IMG/VR virus record: IMGVR_UViG_3300035208_002115
DNA: 64,000 bases
Reading direction: 5' to 3' (one strand)
Origin: a virus
Taxonomy: Duplodnaviria; Caudoviricetes
Both the position numbers and the translations under genes were made by a program. Below, piece after piece: positions 38,101 through 46,404 of the stretch (positions are counted from its first letter, which is position 1; each line of letters starts with the position of its first letter). The notes beneath the pieces are model-generated. The model saw only the letters and a program-made list of their open reading frames with translations. It ran no database searches and was not told the DNA's origin.

Positions 38101-38130
38101 AAACCCTGCCAGATTTGGCAGGGTTTTTTT
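38101..38130 (+). terminator. attenuator terminator hairpin
   Basis: AAACCCTGCCA-GATT-TGGCAGGGTTT plus T run, 10 nt before first tRNA. Confidence 0.8.
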
Positions 38131-38139
38131 GTTTTATAC

Positions 38140-38220
38140 GGCTTCATGGTGGAATGGCAGACACGTTAGTCTTAGGAACTAATACCGAAAGGCGTGAGGG
38201 TTCAAGTCCCTCTGAAGTCA
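38140..38220 (+). tRNA. tRNA-Leu(TAG)
   Basis: Cloverleaf; TTAGT-CT TAG GA-ACTAA; long variable arm. Confidence 0.9.
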
Positions 38221-38365
38221 CTAAAAAAAGAGTTCTTTGAAGAAATAAGGTTAGTAATCTGGACGCTTAACCAGCAGAAGGGTGAAGTTTCCTTGGAAGA
38301 AATTGATACAAACAGGCTTTGGTGGTTCTTAGCAATGTGTTGATAAAGTGACCGAAAACATAAAT

Positions 38366-38438
38366 GGAGCGTGTGGCGTAATTGGTAACGTGTATCCCTG
38401 TCACGGATAAGTTCGGGGTTCGAGTCCCCCACGCTCCG
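38366..38438 (+). tRNA. tRNA-Asp(GTC)
   Basis: GGAGCGT/ACGCTCC acceptor; TATCC-CT GTC AC-GGATA. Confidence 0.85.
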
Positions 38439-38446
38439 CTTAATTT

Positions 38447-38521
38447 GGTGCATTGGGCTTCGAGAAGGAGAACATGGTTGTCACCCATGTAAAATTAACG
38501 GATTGTCACCGTTATGCACCG
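38447..38521 (+). ncRNA. aberrant tRNA-Asp(GTC)-like RNA
   Basis: Perfect acceptor GGTGCAT/ATGCACC and GTC anticodon arm, but T-loop ATTGTCA instead of TTCRA. Confidence 0.6.
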
Positions 38522-38650
38522 CTTAAAATTCACAAAATGTGATTTACAAATTGTGAATTCTCGATTTGCTAATTGCGAATCGATGTTCTTTGACGTATTG
38601 GGAAAAGGTATTTAAAATACGCCAGTGTGGATAGGTTCACACTGGTAAAT

Positions 38651-38724
38651 GGGGGTGTAGCGTAGTTGGTTAGCGCAACTGACTGTTAATCAGTAGGTCG
38701 TAGGTTCAAGTCCTACCACCCCCG
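38651..38724 (+). tRNA. tRNA-Asn(GTT)
   Basis: Canonical cloverleaf; ACTGA-CT GTT AA-TCAGT. Confidence 0.9.
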
Positions 38725-38732
38725 CATAAAAT

Positions 38733-38817
38733 TTCGTTGTGGCAGAGTGGTCAATTGCAACAGGCTCATATCCTGTGGTTAGAAATAACTTCGTGGGTTC
38801 GAATCCCACTGACGAGA
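38733..38817 (+). tRNA. tRNA-Met/Ile2(CAT) with long variable arm
   Basis: ACAGG-CT CAT AT-CCTGT; GTGGG-TTCGAAT-CCCAC T arm. Confidence 0.75.
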
Positions 38818-38824
38818 CAATAAT

Positions 38825-38896
38825 GGACATGTAGCTCAGAGGCAGAGCGACACCCTGTTAAGGTGAGGGTCGGGATTTCGATATTCTCCTTGTCCG
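38825..38896 (+). tRNA. tRNA-Asn(GTT)
   Basis: CACC-CT GTT AA-GGTG; acceptor GGACATG/CTTGTCC. Confidence 0.8.
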
Positions 38897-38910
38897 CTTT
38901 TTAAAATATA

Positions 38911-38998
38911 TGCGAGGTGGTGTAACTGTTAACACGCTTGGCTCATAACCAAGAGACATCAAATGCTTGTGTGGGTTAGAATCCCACCTTCGCTCCCA
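38911..38998 (+). tRNA. tRNA-Met/Ile2(CAT), long variable region, encoded CCA
   Basis: CTTGG-CT CAT AA-CCAAG; T-loop TTAGAAT. Confidence 0.7.
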
Positions 38999-39095
38999 TT
39001 AACAATTTTTGTCGTAGTGGACGACAACCATTCAGGTAAGCTGGGTATCAAAATTTAACCATCAAGAAAGTGAGAGGCTTTCATTAAAAATATAT

Positions 39096-39169
39096 CGCAG
39101 GGTAGAGCAGTTGGTAGCTCGTCAGACTCATAATCTGAAGGTCGTGGCGTTCAAATCCCACCCCTGCAA
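39096..39169 (+). tRNA. tRNA-fMet(CAT)-like
   Basis: C1:A72 mismatch; TCAGA-CT CAT AA-TCTGA. Confidence 0.8.
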
Positions 39170-39175
39170 CTAAAT

Positions 39176-39247
39176 GCTCGGTTCGTATAGTGGTTAGTAC
39201 ACAACACCTTCAATGTTGTTACAGGGGTTCAATTCCCCTACCGAGTA
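39176..39247 (+). tRNA. tRNA-Glu(TTC)
   Basis: CAACA-CC TTC AA-TGTTG (C at position 33). Confidence 0.75.
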
Positions 39248-39255
39248 CAAAATTT

Positions 39256-39338
39256 GGATAGGTAGCGAAGTGGTCAAACGCAATTGACTGTAAATCAATC
39301 ACTTACGAGTTTCGCAGGTTCGAATCCTGCCCTGTCCA
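39256..39338 (+). tRNA. tRNA-Tyr(GTA)
   Basis: ATTGA-CT GTA AA-TCAAT; long variable arm. Confidence 0.9.
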
Positions 39339-39349
39339 CTTACTTAAAT

Positions 39350-39424
39350 GTTCGGTTCGTCTAACGGTCAAGGACGGCAGGTTTTCATCCTGTTAATAGG
39401 GGGGTTCGATTCCCCTACCGAATA
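39350..39424 (+). tRNA. tRNA-Glu(TTC)
   Basis: GCAGG-TT TTC AT-CCTGT. Confidence 0.85.
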
Positions 39425-39427
39425 CTA

Positions 39428-39763
39428 TTATCTCTCAGTATTAATCCAATAAGATTTGATATTTTCCTTGGCATCTTCGTCATATTCGATATATACTTCG
39501 CCTAAAGTTCTACCGTATTTTGCTAACCAAATACGTTTTTCATCGGCTAAACGATACCTGTTTTTCTTATCATATTCGACCGTTTCTATTCTATCGAGTT
39601 TACTATATAATTGTTTCTCGAATTCTTCTTTGGATATATGTTTAAATTGATTGTCTTTATGTTGTTCAACATAGGTTAAATATATAGCACGGTCAAAACG
39701 TTGTTGGTGTGTTTCACCGAAATCTTCATTTAAGAATTGGGAAAAGGATTGAACATTTTTCAT
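39428..39763 (-). CDS. hypothetical protein with capsid-targeting-like N-terminus
   Basis: Starts MKNVQSFSQFLNE; TAATATATA on minus strand at 39786-39794. Confidence 0.7.
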   Translation of the reverse strand: MKNVQSFSQFLNEDFGETHQQRFDRAIYLTYVEQHKDNQFKHISKEEFEKQLYSKLDRIETVEYDKKNRYRLADEKRIWLAKYGRTLGEVYIEYDEDAKENIKSYWINTER

Positions 39764-39842
39764 GATAAATAAAAATATTTTTTATTATATATTAAACATC
39801 TTACCATAATTTGACTATTTATAGAAAAATATTTTAATTAAT

Positions 39843-40025
39843 ATGATGGATGTTTCAGAATATAAAAGAAGAAGAAGACGTGCTTTAAAAGCAGTAAAGG
39901 CTCATACAAAATATAACAAACAAGAAGTGAAAGAATATTATGCTACTTGTAAATCCTATAAACAAACAATGGAACATTTTGGGATGACAAGTAAAGGCAC
40001 ACTTCATTGGAATTTAAATAATTAG
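39843..40025 (+). CDS. small basic HTH-like protein
   Basis: SYKQTMEHFGMTSKGTLHW resembles a helix-turn-helix. Confidence 0.55.
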   Translation: MMDVSEYKRRRRRALKAVKAHTKYNKQEVKEYYATCKSYKQTMEHFGMTSKGTLHWNLNN

Positions 40026-40108
40026 CCCTCATGTCGAAAGTTTGGTAGCCGAAGCAGTTTCAAACACTGTTGCTGAAAGGCGTGTAGGTTCGAGTCCTAC
40101 TGGGGGTA
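40025..40108 (+). tRNA. tRNA-Leu(CAA)
   Basis: GCAGT-TT CAA AC-ACTGT; long variable arm. Confidence 0.85.
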
Positions 40109-40140
40109 CATACTATATTGATAAAAAATAATAATTTTAT

Positions 40141-40995
40141 GTGATTAAAAAATGTGAGAATTATGATAAAGAAACATTAGATAAAATAATACAAAAATGT
40201 TTTTCAATAGCTGGAGTTTGTAGAGAATTAAATATAAAAGCAATTGGTGGTAATTATAAAACTATAAAATATTATATCAATGCTTATAATCTTGATATAT
40301 CACATTTTACTGGTAAAGGCTGGAATATAGGTGAAAGATATAATAACGTTAAAAATAAAATCCCTTTAAGTGAAATATTAGTTGAGAATTCCACATATAC
40401 AAATACACATTTATTAAAGAAAAGACTTGTTAAAGAAGGTTATTTTGAATATAAATGTAATGAATGTGGATTAACTGAATGGTGTAATAAACCAATTTCC
40501 TTGCATTTAGACCATATTAATGGCGATAATTTAGACCATAGAATAGAGAACCTAAGATTATTATGTCCGAATTGTCATAGTCAAACAGAAACTTACTGTT
40601 CTAAAAATAAAAAAAGTTCAAAAAATACATTAAGAATACATAATTTTATTGAAAATAAAGATTTCTTAATCAATAGAGAATCAAAGAAACAAAAACATTA
40701 TTGTGAATGTGGTAAAGAAATAGAAAAAAGGGCTAAAAAATGCAGAGAATGTTATAAAAAAGATAGAACTGAAAGTGTTAAACAAAAAAATCATTGTGCA
40801 TGTGGTAAAGTGATTAAAAATGAATCAGTGATGTGTTTGGATTGTTTACATAAACATAACAGAAAAGTGGAAAGACCATCATATGAACAATTAATTTTAG
40901 AAATTAATGAATCTTCTTATACCTCAGTGGGTAAAAAATATAATGTTGCAGCTAAAACCATTAAAAAATGGAAATTAGCTTATGAAAGAATTTAA
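40141..40995 (+). CDS. free-standing HNH (homing) endonuclease with zinc ribbons
   Basis: CNECG...LHLDHING...NLRLLCPNCHSQT; C-terminal CxCG repeats and HTH-like end. Confidence 0.85.
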   Translation: MIKKCENYDKETLDKIIQKCFSIAGVCRELNIKAIGGNYKTIKYYINAYNLDISHFTGKGWNIGERYNNVKNKIPLSEILVENSTYTNTHLLKKRLVKEGYFEYKCNECGLTEWCNKPISLHLDHINGDNLDHRIENLRLLCPNCHSQTETYCSKNKKSSKNTLRIHNFIENKDFLINRESKKQKHYCECGKEIEKRAKKCRECYKKDRTESVKQKNHCACGKVIKNESVMCLDCLHKHNRKVERPSYEQLILEINESSYTSVGKKYNVAAKTIKKWKLAYERI

Positions 40996-40999
40996 AAAC

Positions 41000-41295
41000 G
41001 CTCCTATGGTGGAATGGCAGACACGATGGACTTATACAATTTGAGTGCTTATAGAGAAATCTGTAAAGTAGAACTTGTCAAATTCGATGAAACCTATAAA
41101 ATGGTAATATCGAGCCAACCCATCTTTTTTTAGATGGAAGTGTGTAGAGAGTAGACGGCAAGCACCTAAGTCGAAAGATATGGTGAAGGTGTATTCCAGA
41201 CCACAAAATCAATTTGATGCGATGAAAGTCGTAGTGGTAAGAAAATCCATTGGGCAGTAATGTTCGTATCGGTTCAAGTCCGATTAGGAGTACCA
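41000..41295 (+). tRNA. tRNA-Leu(TAA) interrupted by a group I intron
   Basis: Exons 41000-41033 and 41242-41295 join to ATGGA-CT TAA AA-TCCAT; encoded CCA. Confidence 0.85.
41034..41241 (+). ncRNA. group I intron (208 nt, no ORF)
   Basis: U-G pair in P1 (ACTT/GAGT), R/S-like GTAGAGAGTAGACGG and AAGGTGTATTCC, terminal G; insertion after U34. Confidence 0.8.
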
Positions 41296-41361
41296 AAAAA
41301 CAGGATAACAAATGGGTTATCCTGTTTTAAAACAAAACATTTTATTTTCACTATATTAATA

Positions 41362-41706
41362 ATGCAAAACATTGATGTTTTAATTTTCATAAAAAGTATA
41401 AGAGAATCCTTTAGTAGTTCAGTAACTGTTTATACATATGGTAATTGCTACCAATTTTATGAAATATTAAAAACAATATATCCAGAAGCCGAAGCTTATT
41501 ATGATGGCAGTCATGTCTGGACAAAAATAGGTGATAAATATTATGATATAACAGGTGAATTAAAGCTTGAAGGTAAGTTTGAAAACATAAATTTAAGACC
41601 AATTGTAGATAATGAACAAATTGCATCATTATCTAAGAATAAATGGTCAGATGAAAGAAGAAAAGATTATTGTCAAGAATACAAAAACAAATTATTAAAT
41701 AAATGA
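41362..41706 (+). CDS. hypothetical phage protein
   Basis: GNCYQF...HVWTKIGDKYYDITG; start moved to 41362. Confidence 0.7.
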   Translation: MQNIDVLIFIKSIRESFSSSVTVYTYGNCYQFYEILKTIYPEAEAYYDGSHVWTKIGDKYYDITGELKLEGKFENINLRPIVDNEQIASLSKNKWSDERRKDYCQEYKNKLLNK

Positions 41707-41918
41707 AAAGAGGTACGATAGAGCAACAAGAAAGATTTTCTAAATTAGATATACAGAAAATGTATCCAAATGAATGTGAAAATTATGATATTGTAGCACT
41801 TATGGAAATGTGGCATTTATATAATAGTGAACCGAAACGTGGTGATTGGATTGATGGTAAAATAATTGAAGAAGTGACGAATGATGGGACAGCATACTTC
41901 ATCTTATTAAAGAAATAG
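41703..41918 (+). CDS. hypothetical protein
   Basis: ATGA overlap. Confidence 0.6.
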   Translation: MKRGTIEQQERFSKLDIQKMYPNECENYDIVALMEMWHLYNSEPKRGDWIDGKIIEEVTNDGTAYFILLKK

Positions 41919-41953
41919 ACAATATTTATAAAATATACTTGCAAGTCAAAGTG

Positions 41954-42069
41954 AAATACCCCAACCGAAAGACAAGTAGGTTACTGGTGCAGAGGTGGTT
42001 CGAGTCCCCGAACAGACCAAGGTCGTGCTTGGCTTGTGCAGGTTCGCAAAAAACAGTTTGGGGGTATTT
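41954..42069 (+). ncRNA. candidate structured ncRNA
   Basis: Closing stem AAATACCCCAA/TTGGGGGTATTT; internal T-loop-like GGTTCGAGTCC; GC-rich. Confidence 0.4.
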
Positions 42070-42074
42070 TTAAT

Positions 42075-42149
42075 AGTGCGTTAGTTCAGTGGTAGAATAC
42101 AAGTTTGTCACACTTGGGGTCAGGGGTTCAAATCCCCTACGCACTGCCA
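42075..42149 (+). tRNA. tRNA-Asp(GTC)
   Basis: CAAGT-TT GTC AC-ACTTG; encoded CCA. Confidence 0.9.
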
Positions 42150-42334
42150 ATGAAAGCTGATAATAAAAACAACCCTTGAATAGGTTGTAAAGGTTGCTAA
42201 ATAATGGATGAATTGCAATCTAAAACAAGAATCGACTATTTCCATTATTATTTTCAGCTTTTATTTAAAACAAAATATTTATTTTTGTATATAAATAATA
42301 AATTTTTTTAGTTTAATTAATTAAGTAATAATTT

Positions 42335-42643
42335 ATGGCACAAATACCAAATGAAGTAATTGATGTTGTTAGAAAAAAACACAACGCTCAGATAACAACA
42401 ATTGAAAATGAATTTGATAATTATATATGGAGATTATCAGCAATAATTACAGGGAGTGCTAACAGAGCTGATAGTTCAAAAATAGCCACCGAAGTATCTA
42501 AATATTTGCAATTAGTTAAAAAAGAGTTTATTCTTAATTGGTGCAATGTTGAATTCTTAGAAGCTGTTTCTCAGCATCAAAGTGATTTTTTAGATAAAAA
42601 TGGGTTTGACTCTGAAGAAGTTGTTAAAGAATTTAAATATTAA
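42335..42643 (+). CDS. hypothetical protein
   Basis: ORF downstream of AAAC-N18-TATAA (42268-42294). Confidence 0.7.
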   Translation: MAQIPNEVIDVVRKKHNAQITTIENEFDNYIWRLSAIITGSANRADSSKIATEVSKYLQLVKKEFILNWCNVEFLEAVSQHQSDFLDKNGFDSEEVVKEFKY

Positions 42644-42780
42644 AATTTATAACGGACTTTTGTTATTTCATTTTATAAATAAAAACGTTCTTTCAAATAA
42701 TCATTTCTAAAAAGTAGATTGGCCATACGAGTTAGTCGTGTCCCTTGGAGTTTCTTAGGTAAACAAAAAACACGAAACTT

Positions 42781-43170
42781 ATGGAAACAAACTATTTATT
42801 TTTAAATGATTACGCAGGGTTCACTTATGAAGCGGTTGTTGAGGACATAGTTGCCAACTATCAGGTGTCACAATCTTTTGTTGATAACTATCGTATCTTG
42901 GTGGCACATCTTTCTGGTGATGGTGGGTACGAAGAATCTTCTTATTTCTTATTGGTTGAGAAATCTACTGGTAATTTATTTGAAGTTTCTGGTGGTCACT
43001 GTTCCTGTTATGGTTTCGAAGGCCAGTTTGAGCCAGAGATTACTTCGATAGAGTATCTTATTTCAGAACAGTCCTACTTCGGTAGAGACCCTGAAGTAAA
43101 GAAACAAATCGAGATTTGTTTGGTGAAATGGATTCGTTACTTGAAATTGAAAGAAATATTCGAGTTCTAA
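42781..43170 (+). CDS. hypothetical protein with C-terminal RxxKLxxI tag
   Basis: GGHCSCYGFEGQ core; ends IRYLKLKEIFEF. Confidence 0.7.
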   Translation: METNYLFLNDYAGFTYEAVVEDIVANYQVSQSFVDNYRILVAHLSGDGGYEESSYFLLVEKSTGNLFEVSGGHCSCYGFEGQFEPEITSIEYLISEQSYFGRDPEVKKQIEICLVKWIRYLKLKEIFEF

Positions 43171-43222
43171 ATGAAAGTTTAGGACTCGATTTTTTATATA
43201 TAAAAAGAAAACAACATATTAA

Positions 43223-43780
43223 ATGATTTTTAGTTATATATCATTTATCAAAGAAAACATAAAACATCAATATAAATTTTATAAAAATATTGATAATATT
43301 GTTGATGGTGAACCATTAGTTTATTATAATGTTCCATTTGAATTAGGCGAAAAAGGTATAGGTTTTAGTGATACAGAAGATTGGAAACATTATTTAGGTA
43401 ACCAATATGTTTATGATTATATTAAAGACATTGATATAAAAGAAGCTTTAAAAGAAGACTTATCTAATATAAATATATCTGTTGATTGGACTTCTATAAA
43501 AGAAGATGATATAATAAACAATATATCAGCATATCAAAATAAAAATAAACATTCTTTAAGAATTGCCAAATTAGTTAAAGAGATGTTAGATAACAAACCA
43601 ATAAGACCAGTTTCAATGTTTTTTGATGCGATGTCGTATAATTACGATATAAAGAATAACATTGAAGATGGAAATCATAGAATAAGAGCATTACAATATT
43701 TAAAATATGATGGGTTTCCAGCTTACATATATGGTGGACATTCAAAATATCTTATTGAATATTTAAATCAAAATATTTAG
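43223..43780 (+). CDS. ParB/Srx-like domain protein; capsid-targeting-like N-terminus
   Basis: IEDGNHRIRAL motif; TTTATATATA upstream. Confidence 0.65.
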   Translation: MIFSYISFIKENIKHQYKFYKNIDNIVDGEPLVYYNVPFELGEKGIGFSDTEDWKHYLGNQYVYDYIKDIDIKEALKEDLSNINISVDWTSIKEDDIINNISAYQNKNKHSLRIAKLVKEMLDNKPIRPVSMFFDAMSYNYDIKNNIEDGNHRIRALQYLKYDGFPAYIYGGHSKYLIEYLNQNI

Positions 43781-43891
43781 ATGGGTTTTTTATCAATCTA
43801 AGCATCTATATTTATTATAGAATTTTTTTTATAATATTTTTCATATTATTTTTGGTTCATTATTTTTACTACAAACCAAAAATTTACTACT

Positions 43892-44155
43892 ATGTTTGAG
43901 AACGTGATACTTGCAGAAATAGAAGGTGTTAAATATATACTTTCTGAAGATATAAAATATGGTGATAAAGTTGTTGGGTATTTTGAAGTTGGTAAATATT
44001 GGTTAACTGATTGTATAGCGAAGAACAACTTTGATGAAGGTGACATCAAAAACCAGTTTTTGATTTTCAAAGATGGTATTAGTTGTGGTGTAGCCAACAA
44101 TCCATTCAAACACCAAAGATGGTTCAAGGTAATAGGAACTCTTAAAGAAGTATGA
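43892..44155 (+). CDS. hypothetical protein
   Basis: ORF downstream of TATTTTTG -7 element (43847). Confidence 0.65.
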   Translation: MFENVILAEIEGVKYILSEDIKYGDKVVGYFEVGKYWLTDCIAKNNFDEGDIKNQFLIFKDGISCGVANNPFKHQRWFKVIGTLKEV

Positions 44156-44210
44156 TGGTACTAATAAAATATTAGACTTCTTTTTATATATAGAAATAAA
44201 AATATTTTTT

Positions 44211-44966
44211 ATGGGGTATATTAAAAAATACGATGAAGTGGTTAATGAGCATAAATCCTCATTCAAGGTTTGTATAAAATGGGCGCATGGTGATGATGAT
44301 TTCTTCACCGATAAAATATATTATTTTTCTACTGAAGAAATGATGAGGAAGTATTTGGATTTTATTTTTGATGTTCGAAAATTTATACCAAACAGAGGTT
44401 ATAAAAATCTTGGTTATTTTGAAGATGGATACCACGAAGGAAAAGGAGAATGGGTTCGAAAAATAGCTGAAAAACACAATCCAGAATTTATTGATTATAT
44501 GGAGATTGACGGGTCTGGCCCAAGTGACCATTATGCAAATATTGAAGACATTTATGTTAAAATAGGTAATAAAAGAAAATTTATCGTCTGGTCAGAAGCA
44601 TTAAATACTAACATTATAAGTTTACCAGAAAAAGGTTCTATAATAGATACCAATTCTGGACAAATATGTGGACATGGTAAATACACATTTGGTGGTAAAA
44701 CCAGTGACTATTTATACCATTGGGATTTGAAAAAAATATATGATGAGAAAAAAGAAGGTAAATATACCCCAATGAAACTTGAAATATTAGATATTAAGAT
44801 AGCTAATTATAGCAATTATATTAAAGATTATGACGCTTTTAAATACGAGGTGTTGTGTAAGATACCAGAAGGATTAGTAACAACCGAAATTGATGGATAC
44901 GACCCAGATTTTGAGAAAAAGTATAATAAAGAAAAGTGGGATGGTATGTCACTATATTTAGTTTAG
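44211..44966 (+). CDS. hypothetical protein with capsid-targeting-like N-terminus
   Basis: Starts MGYIKKYDEVVNE; TTTATATATA at 44183-44192. Confidence 0.7.
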   Translation: MGYIKKYDEVVNEHKSSFKVCIKWAHGDDDFFTDKIYYFSTEEMMRKYLDFIFDVRKFIPNRGYKNLGYFEDGYHEGKGEWVRKIAEKHNPEFIDYMEIDGSGPSDHYANIEDIYVKIGNKRKFIVWSEALNTNIISLPEKGSIIDTNSGQICGHGKYTFGGKTSDYLYHWDLKKIYDEKKEGKYTPMKLEILDIKIANYSNYIKDYDAFKYEVLCKIPEGLVTTEIDGYDPDFEKKYNKEKWDGMSLYLV

Positions 44967-45082
44967 CGCATATTTTTGATTATATCATATTCAGCGCATA
45001 TTTTTATCATAGGATTTTTTTTACAGAACATTTCTTAATATTTTTGGTATGTTAATTTTATTACAAACCAAAAAGTTCTGAT

Positions 45083-45274
45083 ATGAAAAGGATTAGAAAA
45101 TTTAAAGTTACTTCGACCTTAAAAAGTGGTAAGACAGTAAGTCAGCCGTCTTTTGGTAGAAAAGATTTAAATGTTGTAATTTCAGCTTTAATATCAGATG
45201 TGGATGTAGAATCAGTGAACATTTCCAAGGAAGGTTTTGCCGATGCATCAGATATTAAGATTTGGAATTTATAA
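45083..45274 (+). CDS. hypothetical protein
   Basis: ORF downstream of TATTTTTG (45039). Confidence 0.6.
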   Translation: MKRIRKFKVTSTLKSGKTVSQPSFGRKDLNVVISALISDVDVESVNISKEGFADASDIKIWNL

Positions 45275-45291
45275 TTTAAAAATATACTGAT

Positions 45292-45513
45292 ATGAAAACA
45301 CCGTTGAAATTCTACATTGGTGAAAGGAGTAATCCACAGTTAAAAAAGTCTTATTTTGTTACCTATGGCAGGTTAACAAAAAAGGATGCTCAGAAAAAGG
45401 AAGATTGTCTTTACGGCAGTATGTCTTTAACCCCGTATGAAACCGAGGAAGAATATAACACTGCAATATCAAAACTGGAAGAAGAAGGGTTTAATATTAA
45501 AAATAGTGTTTGA
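45292..45513 (+). CDS. hypothetical protein
   Basis: Packed ORF. Confidence 0.65.
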   Translation: MKTPLKFYIGERSNPQLKKSYFVTYGRLTKKDAQKKEDCLYGSMSLTPYETEEEYNTAISKLEEEGFNIKNSV

Positions 45514-45516
45514 GTC

Positions 45517-45804
45517 ATGAAAAAAGTAAGACTAATGAAACGGGTTATGAAATGTTTGATGATTTTTGTAGTATTGTCAATAGTTTCTATGATGTACATT
45601 GCTTTTAACTTCGAAGCGTATAGAGGTATTACGTTTTTACTATCGAGTTTATCGATTTTAACTACTGCTGTTATATTTTACACTTTTTATCTGGTTGTAA
45701 AATATGTCTTGAATCTTGACCAAGATACAGAAAAATCGGAAGATGTTGGTAATATATTAATGTCTTTTGTTTACAACGGGAAGAAACATATTAAAATTGT
45801 TTAA
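45517..45804 (+). CDS. small membrane protein
   Basis: Two hydrophobic helices. Confidence 0.6.
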   Translation: MKKVRLMKRVMKCLMIFVVLSIVSMMYIAFNFEAYRGITFLLSSLSILTTAVIFYTFYLVVKYVLNLDQDTEKSEDVGNILMSFVYNGKKHIKIV

Positions 45805-45806
45805 CT

Positions 45807-45998
45807 ATGAATATATTTAATTTTTTCAAAAGAAATTCATCATTTGAAATAGGTGAATATGTTCGCTTAGATAAAGGAAAAAGTAGTGACCAATTGGTTA
45901 AATTGACTGAAATATATGATGGTGGTAAGGTTTGTTATATTGAAGGACACTATTGGTCTGGTACAGTGGATATGAAACGAATAAGTAAAGAGGTATGA
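45807..45998 (+). CDS. hypothetical protein
   Basis: Packed ORF. Confidence 0.6.
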   Translation: MNIFNFFKRNSSFEIGEYVRLDKGKSSDQLVKLTEIYDGGKVCYIEGHYWSGTVDMKRISKEV

Positions 45999-46297
45999 AA
46001 AAATTAAAAGATATCAAGTACGAAATACTTAATGATATACTTATTGTAGTATTCATTTTAAGCCAAGTAATACCCATTGTGTGGATGGGTGTATATTTGT
46101 ATAAGAATAGTGATAGGGTAGAGGAATATTACACAGTTACAGTCTCCAATATTGATGCTGACCATGTTATAATGAATAAGAGATTAGATGGTTATGAATT
46201 AATAGGTCGGGATTATTGTCAAAATGGTGAGCCAAATGAATTATATTCTGGTGATAATATGGTTACTATTTCGATGATTAAATTGAAAAACCCATAA
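45995..46297 (+). CDS. hypothetical membrane-anchored protein
   Basis: One hydrophobic helix. Confidence 0.6.
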   Translation: MKKLKDIKYEILNDILIVVFILSQVIPIVWMGVYLYKNSDRVEEYYTVTVSNIDADHVIMNKRLDGYELIGRDYCQNGEPNELYSGDNMVTISMIKLKNP

Positions 46298-46304
46298 CAA
46301 AAAC

Positions 46305-46385
46305 GGTGGAATGCCTGAGTGGTTGAAGGGGGCGGTCTGCAAAACCGCTACGAAAGTCTCGTGGGTTCGAATCCCACTTCCACCT
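46305..46385 (+). tRNA. tRNA-Cys(GCA) with extended variable arm
   Basis: GCGGT-CT GCA AA-ACCGC; U73 discriminator. Confidence 0.85.
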
Positions 46386-46404
46386 CAAAACAAAAATTAT
46401 CAAT

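Noticed and set aside
38202-38488. Minus-strand ORFs 38202-38453 and 38267-38488
   Set aside because: Antisense to tRNA genes.
41078-41311. Minus-strand 77-aa ORF as intron-encoded protein
   Set aside because: Antisense to the intron and tRNA; no nuclease motif.
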